Positions 16,410 to 30,682 of a DNA stretch of 64,000 nucleotides are shown here, one piece after another (the stretch's first letter is position 1; the number at the start of each line of letters is the position of its first letter). The position numbers were made by a program, and so were the translations under genes. Source of the DNA: the human T2T-CHM13v2.0 reference genome, Homo sapiens; assembly GCF_009914755.1 (NCBI RefSeq), contig NC_060929.1. The stretch is one strand, 5' to 3'. The notes beneath the pieces are model-generated. The model was not told the DNA's origin and did not search any database. It was given only the letters and a program-made list of their open reading frames with translations.

Positions 16410-17360
16410 ATGTGTAGAGAGATGGAGGGCTCCCCAAATCTGTGTTTCTCCTCTTTATCCTGGCCACATTTGGGTCAATTACATTTCCCAGCCCCCTTGC
16501 AGTTAGGTAAGGCCATGGAATTGAGTTCTTATCCCACCAAATTGCAGGCCATTTTCAGACTAGGCCCCTAAACCTCCCACACAATTGTCTACACTGTCCC
16601 TCTCCTTTGACCTGTGGTCAGGTGTAGAGAATCTGGGTGAGCACCTTCCATCCTAGAAGATGGTAGAGCCACTGTGTGGAGGGATACTGAATCCCTGAGT
16701 GACTGCATGGAACAGAGCAACATTTCACTTAGCCCATATTGAGGTATACCATGAGTGAGAAATCAATCTTTATTATGCCATAATACTATATTTATCACAG
16801 CAAGACACCTTTTAATTATTAATGTCTATATTGTATAACAAGCCATATCAAAGCTTAGTGGCTTCAACCAACCATTTTTAAACACACACAATTCTGCATG
16901 TAGGCTGGGCTTAGCTGGGCAGTTCCCCTGCTGGTCTTGCTGCTGCTGGTTAATCATCAGCTGGTGGGTTGGCTGGGGGCTGGGTCCAGTTGGGACACTG
17001 GAACACTGGCCTTCTCCCTCTTTTCATGTAGTTACAGGACCTCTCTCCCTCCCTGTGGTTTCTCCATGGGACCCTTCACTGGCCTCTCTACCAGCATACC
17101 CAGACTTCTATGGAGTCTCCCAAGAGTGCAAAAGTGGAAGCTGCCAAGACTTCTTAAGGAAGAAAGGACACAGCATCACTTCCATTGCATTCTATGGGCT
17201 AAGGCAAGTCAAAGGACCAGCTTAATTCAAGGAAAGAGGGCTATGTGAAAGTTCAATATGGGGAGGTGTGGCTTTTGGAGGCTATTGATGTAACAGACCC
17301 TCACAACCACTGAGATGAGGGACTTGTTTGTTATAGCAGCAGCCTATACTGACTAATCAA
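16410..17360. mobile_element. Nested ancient MLT1 LTR fragments
   Basis: ACATTTCCCAGCCCCCTTGCAGTTAGG (MLT1I/J-like) and AAAGCTTAGTGGCTT...GCTGGGCTTAGCTGGGCAGTTC (reverse MLT1). Confidence 0.6.
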
Positions 17361-17689
17361 CACCAGTAGCTCAGTGTTTCCCAAACTTCATCAATATCCT
17401 ACTGCCCTCACTATTTTTGCACTATGTACCATTTTGAATATTACTTACAAAATGTTTCTTTTAATCAATGAATTTGAAATATAAATTTATTGAAAAATAA
17501 ACTTTGTGTCAGCACTGTAAGTGAAAGGTTAGAAGTGTAATTATATTATTCTTCCATTATCATTAAAGTAAGTCCATAACTATTAAAATGGTCTATCAAC
17601 ATAGCCCTTCAAACCATCTCCCTGTCATCAGGGATGGGCCCAGCCCCTGGAGAGGAGATTATAGAGATGCTTGATAATTTTGGTTAAAC

Positions 17690-17850
17690 TCAATTTTGTA
17701 GAATTCAAATCTGCATCTCTATAATTTATACCCACCAGATTCCATGAAACCCAATCTGATTCCCCCTCTCTCTGACTGCCCTTCGATATCTGGCGAGTTT
17801 TCAAGGGAATTTTCCACTCCCTGAACATTCCACTTTCTTCAACGTATCCT
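17690..17850. mobile_element. CR1/L3-like fragment
   Basis: AAATCTGCATCTCTATAA...CTGCCCTTCGATATCTGG...CTGAACATTCCACTTTCTTCAAC. Confidence 0.4.
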
Positions 17851-18907
17851 GTTTCCTTGAAGCATTCTAACAATGAGCAAAAAAATAGTCCAGTAAAATG
17901 CCTGAACCACCCCAAAATACCAAAGACAACCCTTCTCTCTTTTCTATATTTGCCCTCTGAGCTGGTTCAGAGCCCAGGAGCAAGATGGCAGGCGGGCAGG
18001 TGTGGGTTGTTTCTCTGTGGGGATGGCAGTGTGTTCATCTCAAGACCACCTGTTTCTGTAACAACCATGGGCGTGACCTTCTCTGTGTCACATGTGCTCA
18101 CGTGTCCCAAGAGCTTGGAGGTACAGCTCCAGAATCCACAGCAACCCTCTGCAGGGCTCTTGTTCCAAATGGTTCCCACTCTGTAGAGTTGCGCCCACAC
18201 CTCCTTCAGTCCTTTGTTCATGGATCTCCATTTCTTCTTTCCTTCTCTCTCTTCCCCTCTCATTCTTTTTTTATTTTTTTTTATGATTGAGGCTCTCCCT
18301 TTCCTTAGCTTCTAAGTATTCAGAGTAAATCTGAAACTCAGAACATACTTACCTACTGTTTTTCTGTAAATGACAAGGTCCATGCCTCTGCTTTCATAAC
18401 ACTGCAGAAATGGTAATGGCTTAATTGGAATGTTCTAGAAAGGGGATCTCTGAACACTGGGCAGCCAAGCACTAAGGGCCTGGGAAATTTTCTAAGTGAA
18501 AGGGAGTCATTGAACAGTTTCCAATTTGCCTTTGTTTCTGATTCCAAAGAGAACCTAATTTAATTTCTAACCCAGAGACCTTGGAAGTTTGACTGGAAAA
18601 GTGCCAAGGAAAATTCCCTCACAAAAACCTAATTCATAGGGTCCTGCGGTCATGGTTCTTTGAGGCAACTGACAGTAAAATATAATAAGAGGACCTCATT
18701 CTTCAAGGGGTGCTGTGTACGGGTATGCCCCCCAGGGGCACCAGACCTCCCATAAAGCCCACCTGGGTCCACCAGCCTCATGGACCACACAGGCCTGGGG
18801 GTGAATCCTGTCCCCACCACACACGGTTGTGCAGTTTCGGGCAAACATTCTCCTGGGTCCTTACAGTAACTTGACTTTAGGTGTCGTGTGCTTTGAGTGC
18901 TGAAATG

Positions 18908-19080
18908 CAGCAGTTCTCAAAGTTTATTTGGCTTCAGAATCCTCCCCACTTGGTATAAATGCAGGTTCCTGGGCCCCACTCCAGTTTTGGTTCCATGGGG
19001 CTGGGGGCCTGAGACTCTGCATGGCCAGGGTCACCTTAGGTAGTGCTGAGGGAGGCGGTTCCAGATCAAATTTGGAGAGA
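18908..19080. mobile_element. MER5-family element
   Basis: CAGCAGTTCTCAAAGT...AAATGCAGGTTCCTGGGCCCCACTCCAG. Confidence 0.6.
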
Positions 19081-19320
19081 TTTGAGTCTAATATGTGTCC
19101 CCCTCCATGGGGACTTGAAACTTTGCCAGCAAGTCTTATTCTTACATCTACTGTGTGATGGACAGTGAACTAGAACTGGAACAAAGAAATAAAGGCAGGA
19201 AAAAGCAAGCTCTCAGCTTGCAGGGGACAAGCCCATAACACAAACATTCACTCTCAAAGCCTGGTTGGAAGGAGCCCTTTCCCACCTGGAAGAACGGGAC
19301 GGGTGGGTCAGTGTGGCGCT

Positions 19321-19343
19321 GGTGCCCTCTAGTGGTCACGTGG
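19321..19343 (-). promoter_or_regulatory. CTCF motif with abutting E-box
   Basis: Reverse strand TGACCACTAGAGGGCACC; GTCACGTGG at 19335-19343. Confidence 0.6.
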
Positions 19344-21465
19344 AAACCACCGGCACATCCCTGTGTGAATCTTCCATTTCTGCTTCCCTTCAAATATCAC
19401 TAAGGGCCATGACGGCCCCTTTCTATTGGTAGGAAATGGATTTGATCTGTGCCACCTCTTGATACAGGCAGCTGAGTGAGGTGGAAATCTCAGAAATCTT
19501 GGGGTCAAAGATACCTGAGTTCTAAGTCTTTTTCCATCACTCGCTGTATCACCTGTACAAGCCATTTAACTTTTCTGAGTCTGGTTTTTCTGATCTGTAA
19601 ACCATGCAAAACGAAAGAACAATATTCCACCTCTAGGAGATCGTGAACTCATTCTGCATTCTCCCTCCTGTGCTTTTTTCCCCACAGTTTAGGGTCCACC
19701 ATTTATCCTGAAGGGCTTAGAGAATGGGCCTCCCCAGACAGGGCTGAGAAGACTGGGGAACCCTCAGTAAACGTAATAGGCAGAGTTGGTTTCCTCAAAT
19801 GGAGACTGGTCCCTGTGCACCCCTGAAATGGCTCCTGTGAGGATCCACGCACTTGTTGAGAGATGGGGCCCCAGTCCTGGCAGCTGGCTCAGCTCTACCC
19901 TCTTCCTCCAGCCTCTAGCCCGTGCAATGTCTTCTGTAGTCTGGGCAGCTGAGAAATTTGATTTCCAAGTGTGCATCAAAATTTTTCTGCTTTATACTTG
20001 TCACTGGCTTTGAGCTTAAAAGACATAAATGTGAGACTTTGGTTCTCTGATTGCACAGTGACCTCCACCACCCAAGGCGGGGGTACTTCCTCAGAGCTGT
20101 CAGATGGAGACTGGGCAGCATAGCCCTCAGGGCATGAGGGAACATTTTACTGAGCGCAGAGAAAGCACATCAGTTGATAACTTTGAAATATCCTTGCACA
20201 CATGTGGATAGAAATGCCCCATTGCAGAGACATTCTGAGGGTGAGACTTGACAAGGCACGGGGCTGGCATAGGACGGGCACTCCACTCCCTTTTCCTTTA
20301 AAAAATTGCTCAGTAGATGCACACTGTTTTTGACTTCACATGAAAGTTTCTTTTGTTGTTCTCTTTCAGTAATCACATAGAGGCATAAAACTGCTACAGA
20401 GGCTTTTGCAAACTGGAAATTTTATTTGTTCTGCAATGGGCCAGACATTCTTCTAGGAGTAGGGAAAACTGCAGGAAAATCTATATTCCTGTCCCATAGA
20501 GTTCTCAATCCAGTTGCAGGTGACAGGCAGCCAGCACCGGTAAGCATGGCAAACAGCAGGTGCTGGGAAGGGCTAGGAAAAAAAGCCAGGGAGAAGGGAT
20601 GGGGTCAGGCAGCCTCTGACAAGGCCACAAAGGAGCTAAGGCCTGTGTGAGGTCAGGGGCTGAGCATCTGGGGTATTCCAGGGCATTCCAAGTCTGAGTC
20701 TACAGTGTCTTTACCATCCCAAAGCCCAGCTGTTTAATTTGGCCACTAGTGACCAAGTCACTGATATGTTCACATAGGTTCTGGCCTGAGGTTTCTCAGC
20801 CACCTGGCAAGAAATGCAGCTATTGATCAAGGCCCCCTGCCTGCAGGACCCAGTGCTAAGAGTGGGGTCACCACCATCACCATGATGGCTTCTGCCGCTC
20901 TTGTCCTCTTGTCCCCTAAAGAGGTTAAGGGCAATGTGCAAGGAATTTAGCCTGGAGTCCATGTGGCCAGCATGGCCCAACATGTGCAGGGCCCTCTTGC
21001 AGTATGATGCCTGGCGGAGGTGCACAGGGGTGGTCCCAAGCACGCCCAGCTCCTTCTTGCCTGGGGCCTTGGCACTTGAGGCTCCTCTGCCTGGAATTCT
21101 CTGACCCTGGGTTTTCCACAGCTGGCTCCCTTGCATCCTTCAGATCTTACTCCAAATGTCACCTCCCCAGAGACAATGCAGCTGCAGCTGACCCTACTGC
21201 ACTCTCCACTCCATGGCCTGTTTATTTCCCTTACAGCTCTCAGCACGGCTTGAAAGCTTTGTGTTCATTTCTACCCTCTGCACTAGGCGGGCAGTTCCTT
21301 AGACACAGTATTCATCAGTCCTCATCCCCTCTGTATCCCCAGGCCACAGGGGACAATCCCACAACACAAACAGTCACTCTCAAAGCCCAGGTCACCCTTG
21401 ACTTTTATTCCCTTCCCCATGAGTCTTGATTTTCTCTGAGGTTTCTTTAAAAAAGAAAATACAGT

Positions 21466-21762
<297 letters not shown>

Positions 21763-22690
21763 ATACAACTATATAACAGCAAAAGAGAAAAATTTGAATA
21801 AACAATTCCCCTACTTTAAACATATTTCACAAGCTCTTCGTTCCTTCCTCCATGTGCAGCTGTGCTGCTCTCATGAGTTTTGTGCCATTTGGTAACTGGT
21901 GTGCTTTAAGCAAATGTTCCTTAGGCCCTTTTTAATGTTTTTATAAACTTTTCATACATATATTAATCATTCTAAACGCCTCCATCATATTCTGGGACTA
22001 GATACGGGGTTTTTTTGCACCTTGTGTGTGTGGGTGATTGTTTGTACTGTACATAGAGCCAGGAAGATTCCAATTCTCCTGGCGGCTATACCAGGGAATG
22101 ATTATTATGAGATTTCGCAGATAGAAAAACGGGGGCTCAGAAAAGGGAAGCCATTTGCCCAGGGACACACAGCGAGGACTGAATCACATCTGTGCTCTGC
22201 ACAATGCGCGTCCCGTCTGGGGGTGGTGTTGAGGGACATAGTTATGGCACCCATTCCTAATTGTGAGCAGCTGGGTGTGTTCGCTGTCCTGGCATCATAG
22301 TTCAGTGCCTTCCAAAATGGGCACTTGTAACTCGGGGGCTGCAGGAGATGGCCCGTTGCAGTGAGCAACGAATCAATTAGAACTTCCATTTCTTTGTATT
22401 TTAACCATATTTGTACACATTATATATGTTCAGTAATGGACGTAATTTATTAGTACTGCCGAAAATATGTATGTGTGTATATTTATGCTTGCACAGTTTC
22501 TGATTGATGAGGGCTCATGAAAAGCATCTTGATGAATATCTCGCACACATAGCAGCAGCTGAAGGCAGTGATTAAAGGGAAAAAGTGTCAGAAGTGACAC
22601 ATTTGCTACAGCAAAGGCTTTGAGCATCTTTAGGGTTTTCCCTTGCATTTATCTGCAGGAGTCTTAAATTCTCCTCTTCCCTGGATAGTA

Positions 22691-23005
<315 letters not shown>

Positions 23006-23559
23006 TAGTATTCTTAGGGAGTAGAATCACTGTGCCTTGCAGGAGCTGACTGTCATGTACCAGTTCTCAGGATGGGTGCTCCCCATTCTCCTCACAACAA
23101 GTAAGGATACTCAGTGGAAAAATTCCTGGGCAAGGCTTTACATACAGGAAATCACTAGGTGGATGATCTTGGAAATCCACTCATTCCTCATTGGGCAATC
23201 TATCATTGAGGGCCAGGTGCTGGGTCCTGGGCTGTGCAATAGGAAAGCCAAGATGCATACCATGGCCCAGCCTTTGAAGAGCCCCTGGCAGCCATAGACA
23301 GATCTGTCCAAATAGTCTGATCCTTCCAAATTGAGCATCCAAATAGTGGGTCCACAATGCCATTGGGAGCATAAAAGAAGCCATGGCAGAATTTTCTTGA
23401 GGGCTTGAGGGTGGTTCAGAGAAAGGGTGGTTCAAGAAAGGGATGCCTGAGTTGGATATTGCGCGATGAGCATAAGGCCACTGGAGGGACAATGGGCATG
23501 ACAGCTCTGTGCAAGCATGCAGATGCTTGGCCCACCAGTGTAGATCCGGGAACGGCATT

Positions 23560-24180
23560 GTTTTCCACTGCTGAGTCACTGCCCGTGGGTAAGTGGTCCT
23601 TGAAAGGAGGTGACATTGAAGAAGCAGGCAGGGCACAGATCATGGAGGACTCTGAATATTGTATGTCTTGCGCATTGCTCTGAAAGCTATGGTGACCAAC
23701 TGGAGAAGTTAAGAGTAGAAAAGTAACCATTTATCCCTAAACCATTTTTATAATGGGATGGAGATGGAGAGAAGGAGGTTTTCACAATTAGCAGATGAGA
23801 CCCAGGGAGGAACTGGATCAAGGCAGTTATGGGGGAACGGGCTGGAGGCTAAAGGTGTTGTGGAGGTGGACTCAGCAGGACCTCATGGCTGACCACAATC
23901 CATAAAGTGAAAGGGGCCCAGGTTCACTCCAGGGATCTGGCATTAAGAAAATAGTGTCATTCACCAAGATAGGCATCAGAAGAAGGGTCTGTTATCTAGA
24001 AAAGAGATATCCAAAAGGCAGCCTGAGGTTGTATCTGGAGCTCAGGAGAGAGGCTTAGGTTGGAGATAGGTACATCTGGGAGTCATTAGCTTAGCGAGGA
24101 TTTGGGGAGCTACAGATGTCTACAAGGCAAAGTTGACAGATGACAGGACCTTGGGGGATGTGGGCATTTGAGATGAAAAA
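23560..24180 (-). mobile_element. L2 fragment
   Basis: Purine-rich L2 antisense pattern e.g. CTGGAGCTCAGGAGAGAGG...TGGAGATAG...TGGGAGTCATTAGC. Confidence 0.6.
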
Positions 24181-24184
24181 TAGT

Positions 24185-24372
24185 CCTGCTTTATTGCATT
24201 TGCCAATTTCCATGGTGTGAATATCCCCACCACGACTGACCGCAAGCTACCCGTGTGAAGTTGCTGAACACAGGGCTTGAAAGTGATGCCTTGAAAGTGA
24301 TGGGAGGAGTCTGGAGGTGGTATACAGTTTGCTCTTGTGAGCTGGTATGAGCCAGCTGGACACAGCAGTGGA
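24185..24372. mobile_element. MER63-like hAT element
   Basis: TGCCAATTTCCATGGTGTGAATATCCCCACC...GAGCTGGTATGAGCCAGCT. Confidence 0.6.
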
Positions 24373-25932
24373 TACACCTCCACATGTGAAAATCTGTCCT
24401 CCGTTGGGACTCTCCTTCTTCAGGAGTTTTCTTCAGAGCCCCTCAAATGAAATTTGCATGTCTCGTGTATATTAAGTATTTCTATGTGATATAATACCAA
24501 CAAACAGAGGGGGCTTCATTTTGCCTGGGTCAGTGCAGGAAGCTTGAGTTCCTCCCATCGCTCCCACTCAGTGGTCCCCAGGCAAGCCCTGCTGGGCAAG
24601 AATCCCTGCCACAACTCCCAGGGGGTGCTTCCGTGGAGCTTTCTGTGTGCTGTCTCAGGCTTCTGGAGTTTTCAGACAGTGCTGATCCAATGTCAAGTTC
24701 TCCCACATCTTCTCCAGCACGATGAAAGTACCTTTTGTTTTCACGCTGATGGGGAAAAGGTTGAAACTCTGAACCCAATTTCGAAGTCACAGCCATACAG
24801 CGTTTTTATCACTTGAAATTTGATCTCTGTGGATCAAGCAAGTTGTGTCAACTTTAGGAATCCCTTTCCTGGGCTTTAAAACAACTGTGTAAAACAAACA
24901 CTGTCACTTTGCCACACCTTCCTATCTCATTCCTATTTTATTCTGTTGAAAGTTACAATGCCTCAAACACCTTCACAGTCATCATCTGCCCTCACTGGGG
25001 ATGCAAGACACCTGGGGACCTCAGTAAAGGGGAGGTGATGGGAATGGGAGGAGTCTGGAGTATGGCAAATGAGAAGATGGCGGAGGGACTCACAGGACAG
25101 GGGTTGACCAGGGCGGAGACAGCTGGGCTGCCTGAAGAAAGGCTGGAGAATGCAGTGACCTCAGTTCTGTGACCACTGAAAACCATGGAGCCAGGTGGAA
25201 GGAAAATGGACTTGGGGACTGAAGAGAGCTGAGGTCAGTCATTTCTCCCTTCTGTGGCCTTGGGCCAGTTGCTTTAATTTCTCTGGGCTTCAGTTTCCCC
25301 ACTTGTAAAACTGAATACATACTTCATAAGGGTGTTCTGAGGATGACAAAAAAGGTCTGTGCAGCTTTGAGCTTGGTGTCTGGCACCTGGTGTGCTCTTC
25401 CCAAGTTCAAGGGAAAACTGAGGAGAAGAGTCAAACAAGCAGGCGGGAGCCAGGGCTTTGGTCAGAGGGTCAGTACTGAGAAGAGAATCTGAGAGGCACC
25501 AGAACACCAGGGAGTCAGGGCCAGCAGCAGTTCTGACCCCCGAGATCCTTCTGGGAGCAGCAGGACCCAAACAATCAGGCTATGGGCTTCGTCAGGGTCT
25601 GGAATCCAGCCCCTCAGCCAGCCCACTTTTTAGTTCTTGTTCATGGAAACAGCAAAGGCAGCTTCTAGTACATGGTCAGGACTCCCACGTATTAACTGTG
25701 ATCATTTAAAAAAACTTTGTTTTTGCTTTCCTCATGGCAAAACCTAAGTAGCTCAGGTACAGAAATCATGCAAAACACTAAAAAGAATAAAGAAGAAAAC
25801 AGAAATTACCCTCAACCCCAAAGATACAGAAAAAAACATTTAGGCTTAGTATTCCATACACGTGTGTACTGTTTACACTATTATACGTATTTGGTTACAT
25901 ATTACACATAGCACACAGTTGTGGTTCCTGGC

Positions 25933-26224
25933 TTTTTTTTTTGAGACAAAGTCTCATTCTTGTCCCCCAGACTGGAGTGTAGTGGCACAATCTTGGCCCA
26001 CTGCAACCCCCCCTCCTGGGTTCAAGCGATTCTCCTGCCTCAGCCTCCCAAGTAGCCGGGATCACAGGCACCCGCCACCACACCTGGCTAATTTTTTTGT
26101 ATTTTTAGTAGAGATGGGGTTTTGCCATGTTGGCCAGGCTGGTCCCGAACTCCTGATCTTGTGATCCGCCTGCCTCAGCCTCCCAAAGTGCTGGGATCAC
26201 GGGCATGAGCCACCGCGCCCGGCC
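25933..26224 (-). mobile_element. AluS-like
   Basis: Reverse Alu. Confidence 0.9.
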
Positions 26225-26297
26225 TCTAGTTTTTTTACTTTAACATCATGTCATGAACACTCATTCCTGTTATTACAAAGTTATTTTAAAGAATATT

Positions 26298-26430
26298 AAA
26301 GGGTTAGCATTGGGAGATATACCTAATGCTAGATGATGAGTTAGTGGGTGCAGCACACCAGCATGGCACATGTATACATATGTAACTAACCTGCACATTG
26401 TGCACATGTACCCTAAAACTTAAAGTATAA

Positions 26431-26469
<39 letters not shown>

Positions 26470-26478
26470 AAAGAAAAA
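26298..26478 (+). mobile_element. Short 5'-truncated young L1PA 3' end with (TAAA)n tail
   Basis: GCATTGGGAGATATACCTAATGCTAGATG...CCCTAAAACTTAAAGTATAAT; TSD AAAGAATATT at 26288 and 26479. Confidence 0.92.
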
Positions 26479-27914
26479 AAAGAATATTTTAAATGGCTGT
26501 ACAGTATTCTATTCTATCACTCTGAGTTTACTCCTACTTTTGGTTGTCCCCCCCGCACCCCACATTTAAAAATAATGCTTTGAGGCACATCCTTGAATCA
26601 GACTTTTTCCCTAGCTGAGATGATCTGCTTAGACTCTATTTACAGAAGTGGGTAGAGTTAAAGGGATATGACGATTTTCTAGACTCTAGGTCCATCTAGC
26701 CCTTCAGAAAGTGTGCCAAATTAAATATCCATCTGCGGCATCTTGTTCCAGACAATCAATTATTCCTATGCAAACCTCTTGAAGGTCTGATGTTTGGGGT
26801 TTAGGAAAGTCTAGGACCTCAAGTTAAGAAATGCTGCATTATGTAAATAACAATAACAGGTAAGATTAAAATAAAACAATATAACCTAGATGGCTCACCT
26901 ATTTTTTAAAAACATCTCCATGGGCCAGAAATGGAACATAAATTTCAAATAGTAAGTGGTGCTGACGGGGTGCAGGCCATGCCCAAGAAGAAATGGCTGA
27001 GAATTCAATTCCTGCTCGGTAGAGTGACTACAATTGTTCAGAGAATGAGACAAAGCCAGGCTCCTTGCTTGTTGCTGGGGGGCCTGGATGTCGCCCCATG
27101 CTCTTGTGATGATGGGAATTGAAGACCCTGCCGCTATTCTCTGGGTGGGATCCATGGGGAGCTTGAGGCAGAGGGAGAAGCACACGAACCAGTGGAACCA
27201 GTCACAGGTTCAGAGGCTGAGCCAGTTCCCCCAGGCTCTGTGGCTAGATCTGGGTCTCCATCAGTATTGTTGTGGGGAAGAATTCTAAGCTGCCTTTTGA
27301 AGTCCTGGAGATTCAAGTGGCCACAAATGCAGAACTAGCAGAGATAAGGAAGTATGAACTCACAGGAAAGGAGAACTCAGAAGAAAGGAAAGGAGAGGTG
27401 AGAACAGAAAGAAGAGGGGGAAGAGTTCCATTTAAAAGGAGGCTGCAACCCATAAATCTGAAACCCATGAAGAGATCTAATGCCCAGAAAGACAACCGCC
27501 GAAACTGATACTGGGATCAGAGTTTAATCTGGAAACAGCGATTACTCAAAACTCTGCAGAAGACTTTAAAATAAGGATGTATAGAATATTCAGAGAGCTA
27601 AAAGTACAATAAATTAAGAAATAACAATAATCTAACTATGAAAAGAAGACATTATTTTGGGGAAAACATTGGGATAAAACATAAGGCAGGAAACATTTGA
27701 TTGGAGAGTGTTTCGAATTGGAAATTGGTACTGAAAACCGCAACAAAGACACAGCACAGAAAGCAGAGTGTAAAAAATATTTGGAAAAAAGCAGTAAAAA
27801 GACATGGAGGATGGGTGGAGGGACCCTGACTTGGCCTTCCAAGAGTGGAGAGAGTGGAGGGAATGAAGACGAGTGATGTTGGGAGAAATAATTAGTGGGG
27901 ACTCTCTGAGCTCA

Positions 27915-28285
27915 AACTGTCGTAGCAAAATGTAATAGACTAAGTGGCTTAAATAACAGATATTTATTTTCTCACAGTTTAGGAGGCTGAGAAGTCCAAG
28001 ACCAAGGTGCCAGCCAACTCAATTCCTGGTGAGACCTCTCTTCCTGGCTTGCAGACTCTGCCACCTTCTTGCTGTGTGCTCAAAAAATCTTTCCTCGGGA
28101 TGTGCAAGTGGAGAGACAGAGATCTCTCTCTTCTTCTTCTTATTACTCCACCAAACCCATCAAATTAGGACCCGGCCCTTATGACTTCATTTGACCTCAA
28201 TTAGCTCCTAAAAGTCCTATCTCCAAATATAGCTTCAATGGGGGTTAGGACTTCAGCATATGAATTTTGAGGGATACAATTTTGT
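27915..28285 (-). mobile_element. MLT1A-like solo LTR within an old L1M region (~27300-31340)
   Basis: GTGGCTTAAATAACAGATATTTATTTTCTCACAG...GACTTCAGCATATGAATTTTG. Confidence 0.8.
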
Positions 28286-28357
28286 AGACACAATTGAGTC
28301 CAGAGCAGGAACTTTCCAGAAAAGAAGATATGAGTCCATAGATCAAAAGAGCACTCA

Positions 28358-28497
28358 GGGCCTGGGTGCAGTGGCCCCTGGCCACCTATAATCCTAGCAC
28401 TTTGGGAGGCCAAGGCAGGTGAATTACTTGAGCTCAGGAGTTCAAGACCAGCCTGGGCAACACAGCAAAACTCCATCTCTACAAAAAGAAGAGAAAA
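28358..28497 (+). mobile_element. FLAM / free left Alu monomer
   Basis: Single monomer; TSD AAAAGAGCACT at 28345 and 28495. Confidence 0.85.
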
Positions 28498-29039
28498 AGA
28501 GCACTTAGGATCCTGAAAAAAAGAACCAAAACCAAATCCAACCATGTTGTAATGCAACTCGAAAATATCAAGGCTAAAAAGTAACTACAGAGCTGCTGGA
28601 GAAAAAAGATAGACTACTCATAGAAGAATAGCAATTTTTCTGATGGCTGACTTCTTATTGGCAAGAATGTATTTGAAAAAGGTAAAAGCGATATTTGTAA
28701 ACTTTTGAGGAATAATAATCCAACCTTTGTTTCTAAATTAAACTTAATTAAAATTCAGAAAGGAGGGCAAAGCAAGACAATTACTAACATATAGAAAATA
28801 AGCCCCTTACAGACCTGCATTAAATGAATTATTAAAGGGTGCACTTCAGCAGGAAGAGAAGTGAACACAGAGAGAAGGCATGGAAGGAACAATGTTGACA
28901 AATGTTAACACTGACAAAAGATATTGGCAAATCAAATCAAGCATTGACATCAGAAATCATTTTAACATTAAAATGTTAACATTTTAATGTTAAAAAGGTA
29001 AAACTAAATTTCCAAATCAAAACTAAACTTCCAAATAAA

Positions 29040-29067
29040 GTGTGTGTGCATGTGAGTATATGTGAGC

Positions 29068-29101
<34 letters not shown>

Positions 29102-29165
29102 ATGCGAGTATATGGAAGTCATGTGTGCATGTTTGTATGTGTGTGTATGTATGTATGTGTGTATC
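29040..29165. repeat. (TG)n / (TGTA)n microsatellite
   Basis: Visible. Confidence 0.9.
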
Positions 29166-29189
29166 TGGTAAACTCTGCCACAGTGTTTT

Positions 29190-30682
29190 GCCAGTTATCA
29201 ATCTATTACCTCCGAGCTCCCAAATCCACCTGTCCCTGTCTTGTTTATGATACTGGAATTATCCTCCTCTGCCAGCTGGCACGACATTAAGCTTCATTGG
29301 CAGATGACACTGGAAGGGCACTGAAAAAACAAAGGGCTCTTTTCCAGCAAGTGCTTCTAGAGGCAGCCCTGTGGGCGGCTTCCCTGGCATCCCGTATGGG
29401 GTGTTCTCTGTGCACCATCCCACCGGGGGATTCATCGTCAATAGGCCCTGCAGATGCAGATCCTCCCTTTTCTGTCACCTCTCCAGTGAAGCCTGGTCCT
29501 GTCTGTGGGTGGCGGGTCACTTCCAGGTGTGTTACTTTTCTGGGTGCTCCACCTGTACCCCAGGGCTGGTGGCTGCTCTTTATATCTGTGATTCAAATAT
29601 TCTTTACAAGGTCTAACATCCAGCATTTATAAGGAACTTAAACAAATTTAGAAGATAAAAACCCAAACAACCCCATTAAAAAGTGGGCAAAGGACATAAG
29701 CAGACACTTTTCAAAAGCAGACATATGCGCGGCCAACAAGCACATGAAAAAAAGCTCTACATCACCGATGATTAGAGAAATGCAAATCAAAACCACAGTA
29801 AGATACCATCTCACACCAGTCAGAATTGCTATTATTATCAAAAAAAAAAAAAAAAAACAGATGCTAGTGAGGTAGTGGAGAAAAAAGAACACATACACTG
29901 TTGGCAGGAGTGTAAATTAGTTCAACCATTGCAGAAAGCAGCATGGTGATTCCTCAGACAGCTAAAGGCAGAACTACCATTCAACTCAGCAATCCCATTA
30001 CTGGGTATATACCCAGAGGACCATAAGTCATTCTACCATAAAGATACATGCACACGAATGTTCATTGCAGCATTATTCAAATAGCAAAGACATGGGATCA
30101 ACCTAAATGCCCATCAGTGATAGAATGAATAAAGAAAATGTGGAACATACATACCATGGAATACTATGCAGCCATTAAAAAGAACAAGATTATGCGTTTT
30201 GTGGGAACATGGTTGGAGCTGGAGGCCACTATCCTTAGCAAACTAATGCAGGAACAGAAAACCAAATACTGTATGTTCTCACTTATAAGTGGGAGCGAAA
30301 TAATGAGAACACATGGACACGAAGAAGGGAACAACAGACATTGGGGCCTCCTTGAGGGTGAAGGGTGGGAGGAGGGAGAGGAGCAGAAAAAATAACCACT
30401 GGGTACTGGGCTTAGTACCCACGTGACAAAATAATCTGTACAACAAACCTCTGTGACACAAGTTTACCCAAATAACAAACCTGCACATGTGCCCCGAACC
30501 TAAAATAAAATTTAATAAAAAACCGAAGGAACACCACAAACGTTCCTTATAGATTTCTACCTTCTGTTAGCCAGTCTCTCCTTATTCCAATTCCCAGGAG
30601 TAGTTAATTCTTCTTTATAGTAAATGTCTTCTTTTCAAATTATTACATACCTCCTGTCTCCTGATTATACTCTGGCTAATAT
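29190..30682. mobile_element. LTR33-like ERVL LTR interrupted by an L1
   Basis: TTACCTCCGAGCTCCCAAATCCACC start; TGTCTCCTGATTATACTCTGGCTAATATA end. Confidence 0.5.
29606..30522 (+). mobile_element. L1PA15/16-like 3' end
   Basis: ORF2 C-terminus (MEYYAAIKKN) and 3' UTR GGGTACTGGGCTTAGTACC. Confidence 0.88.
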
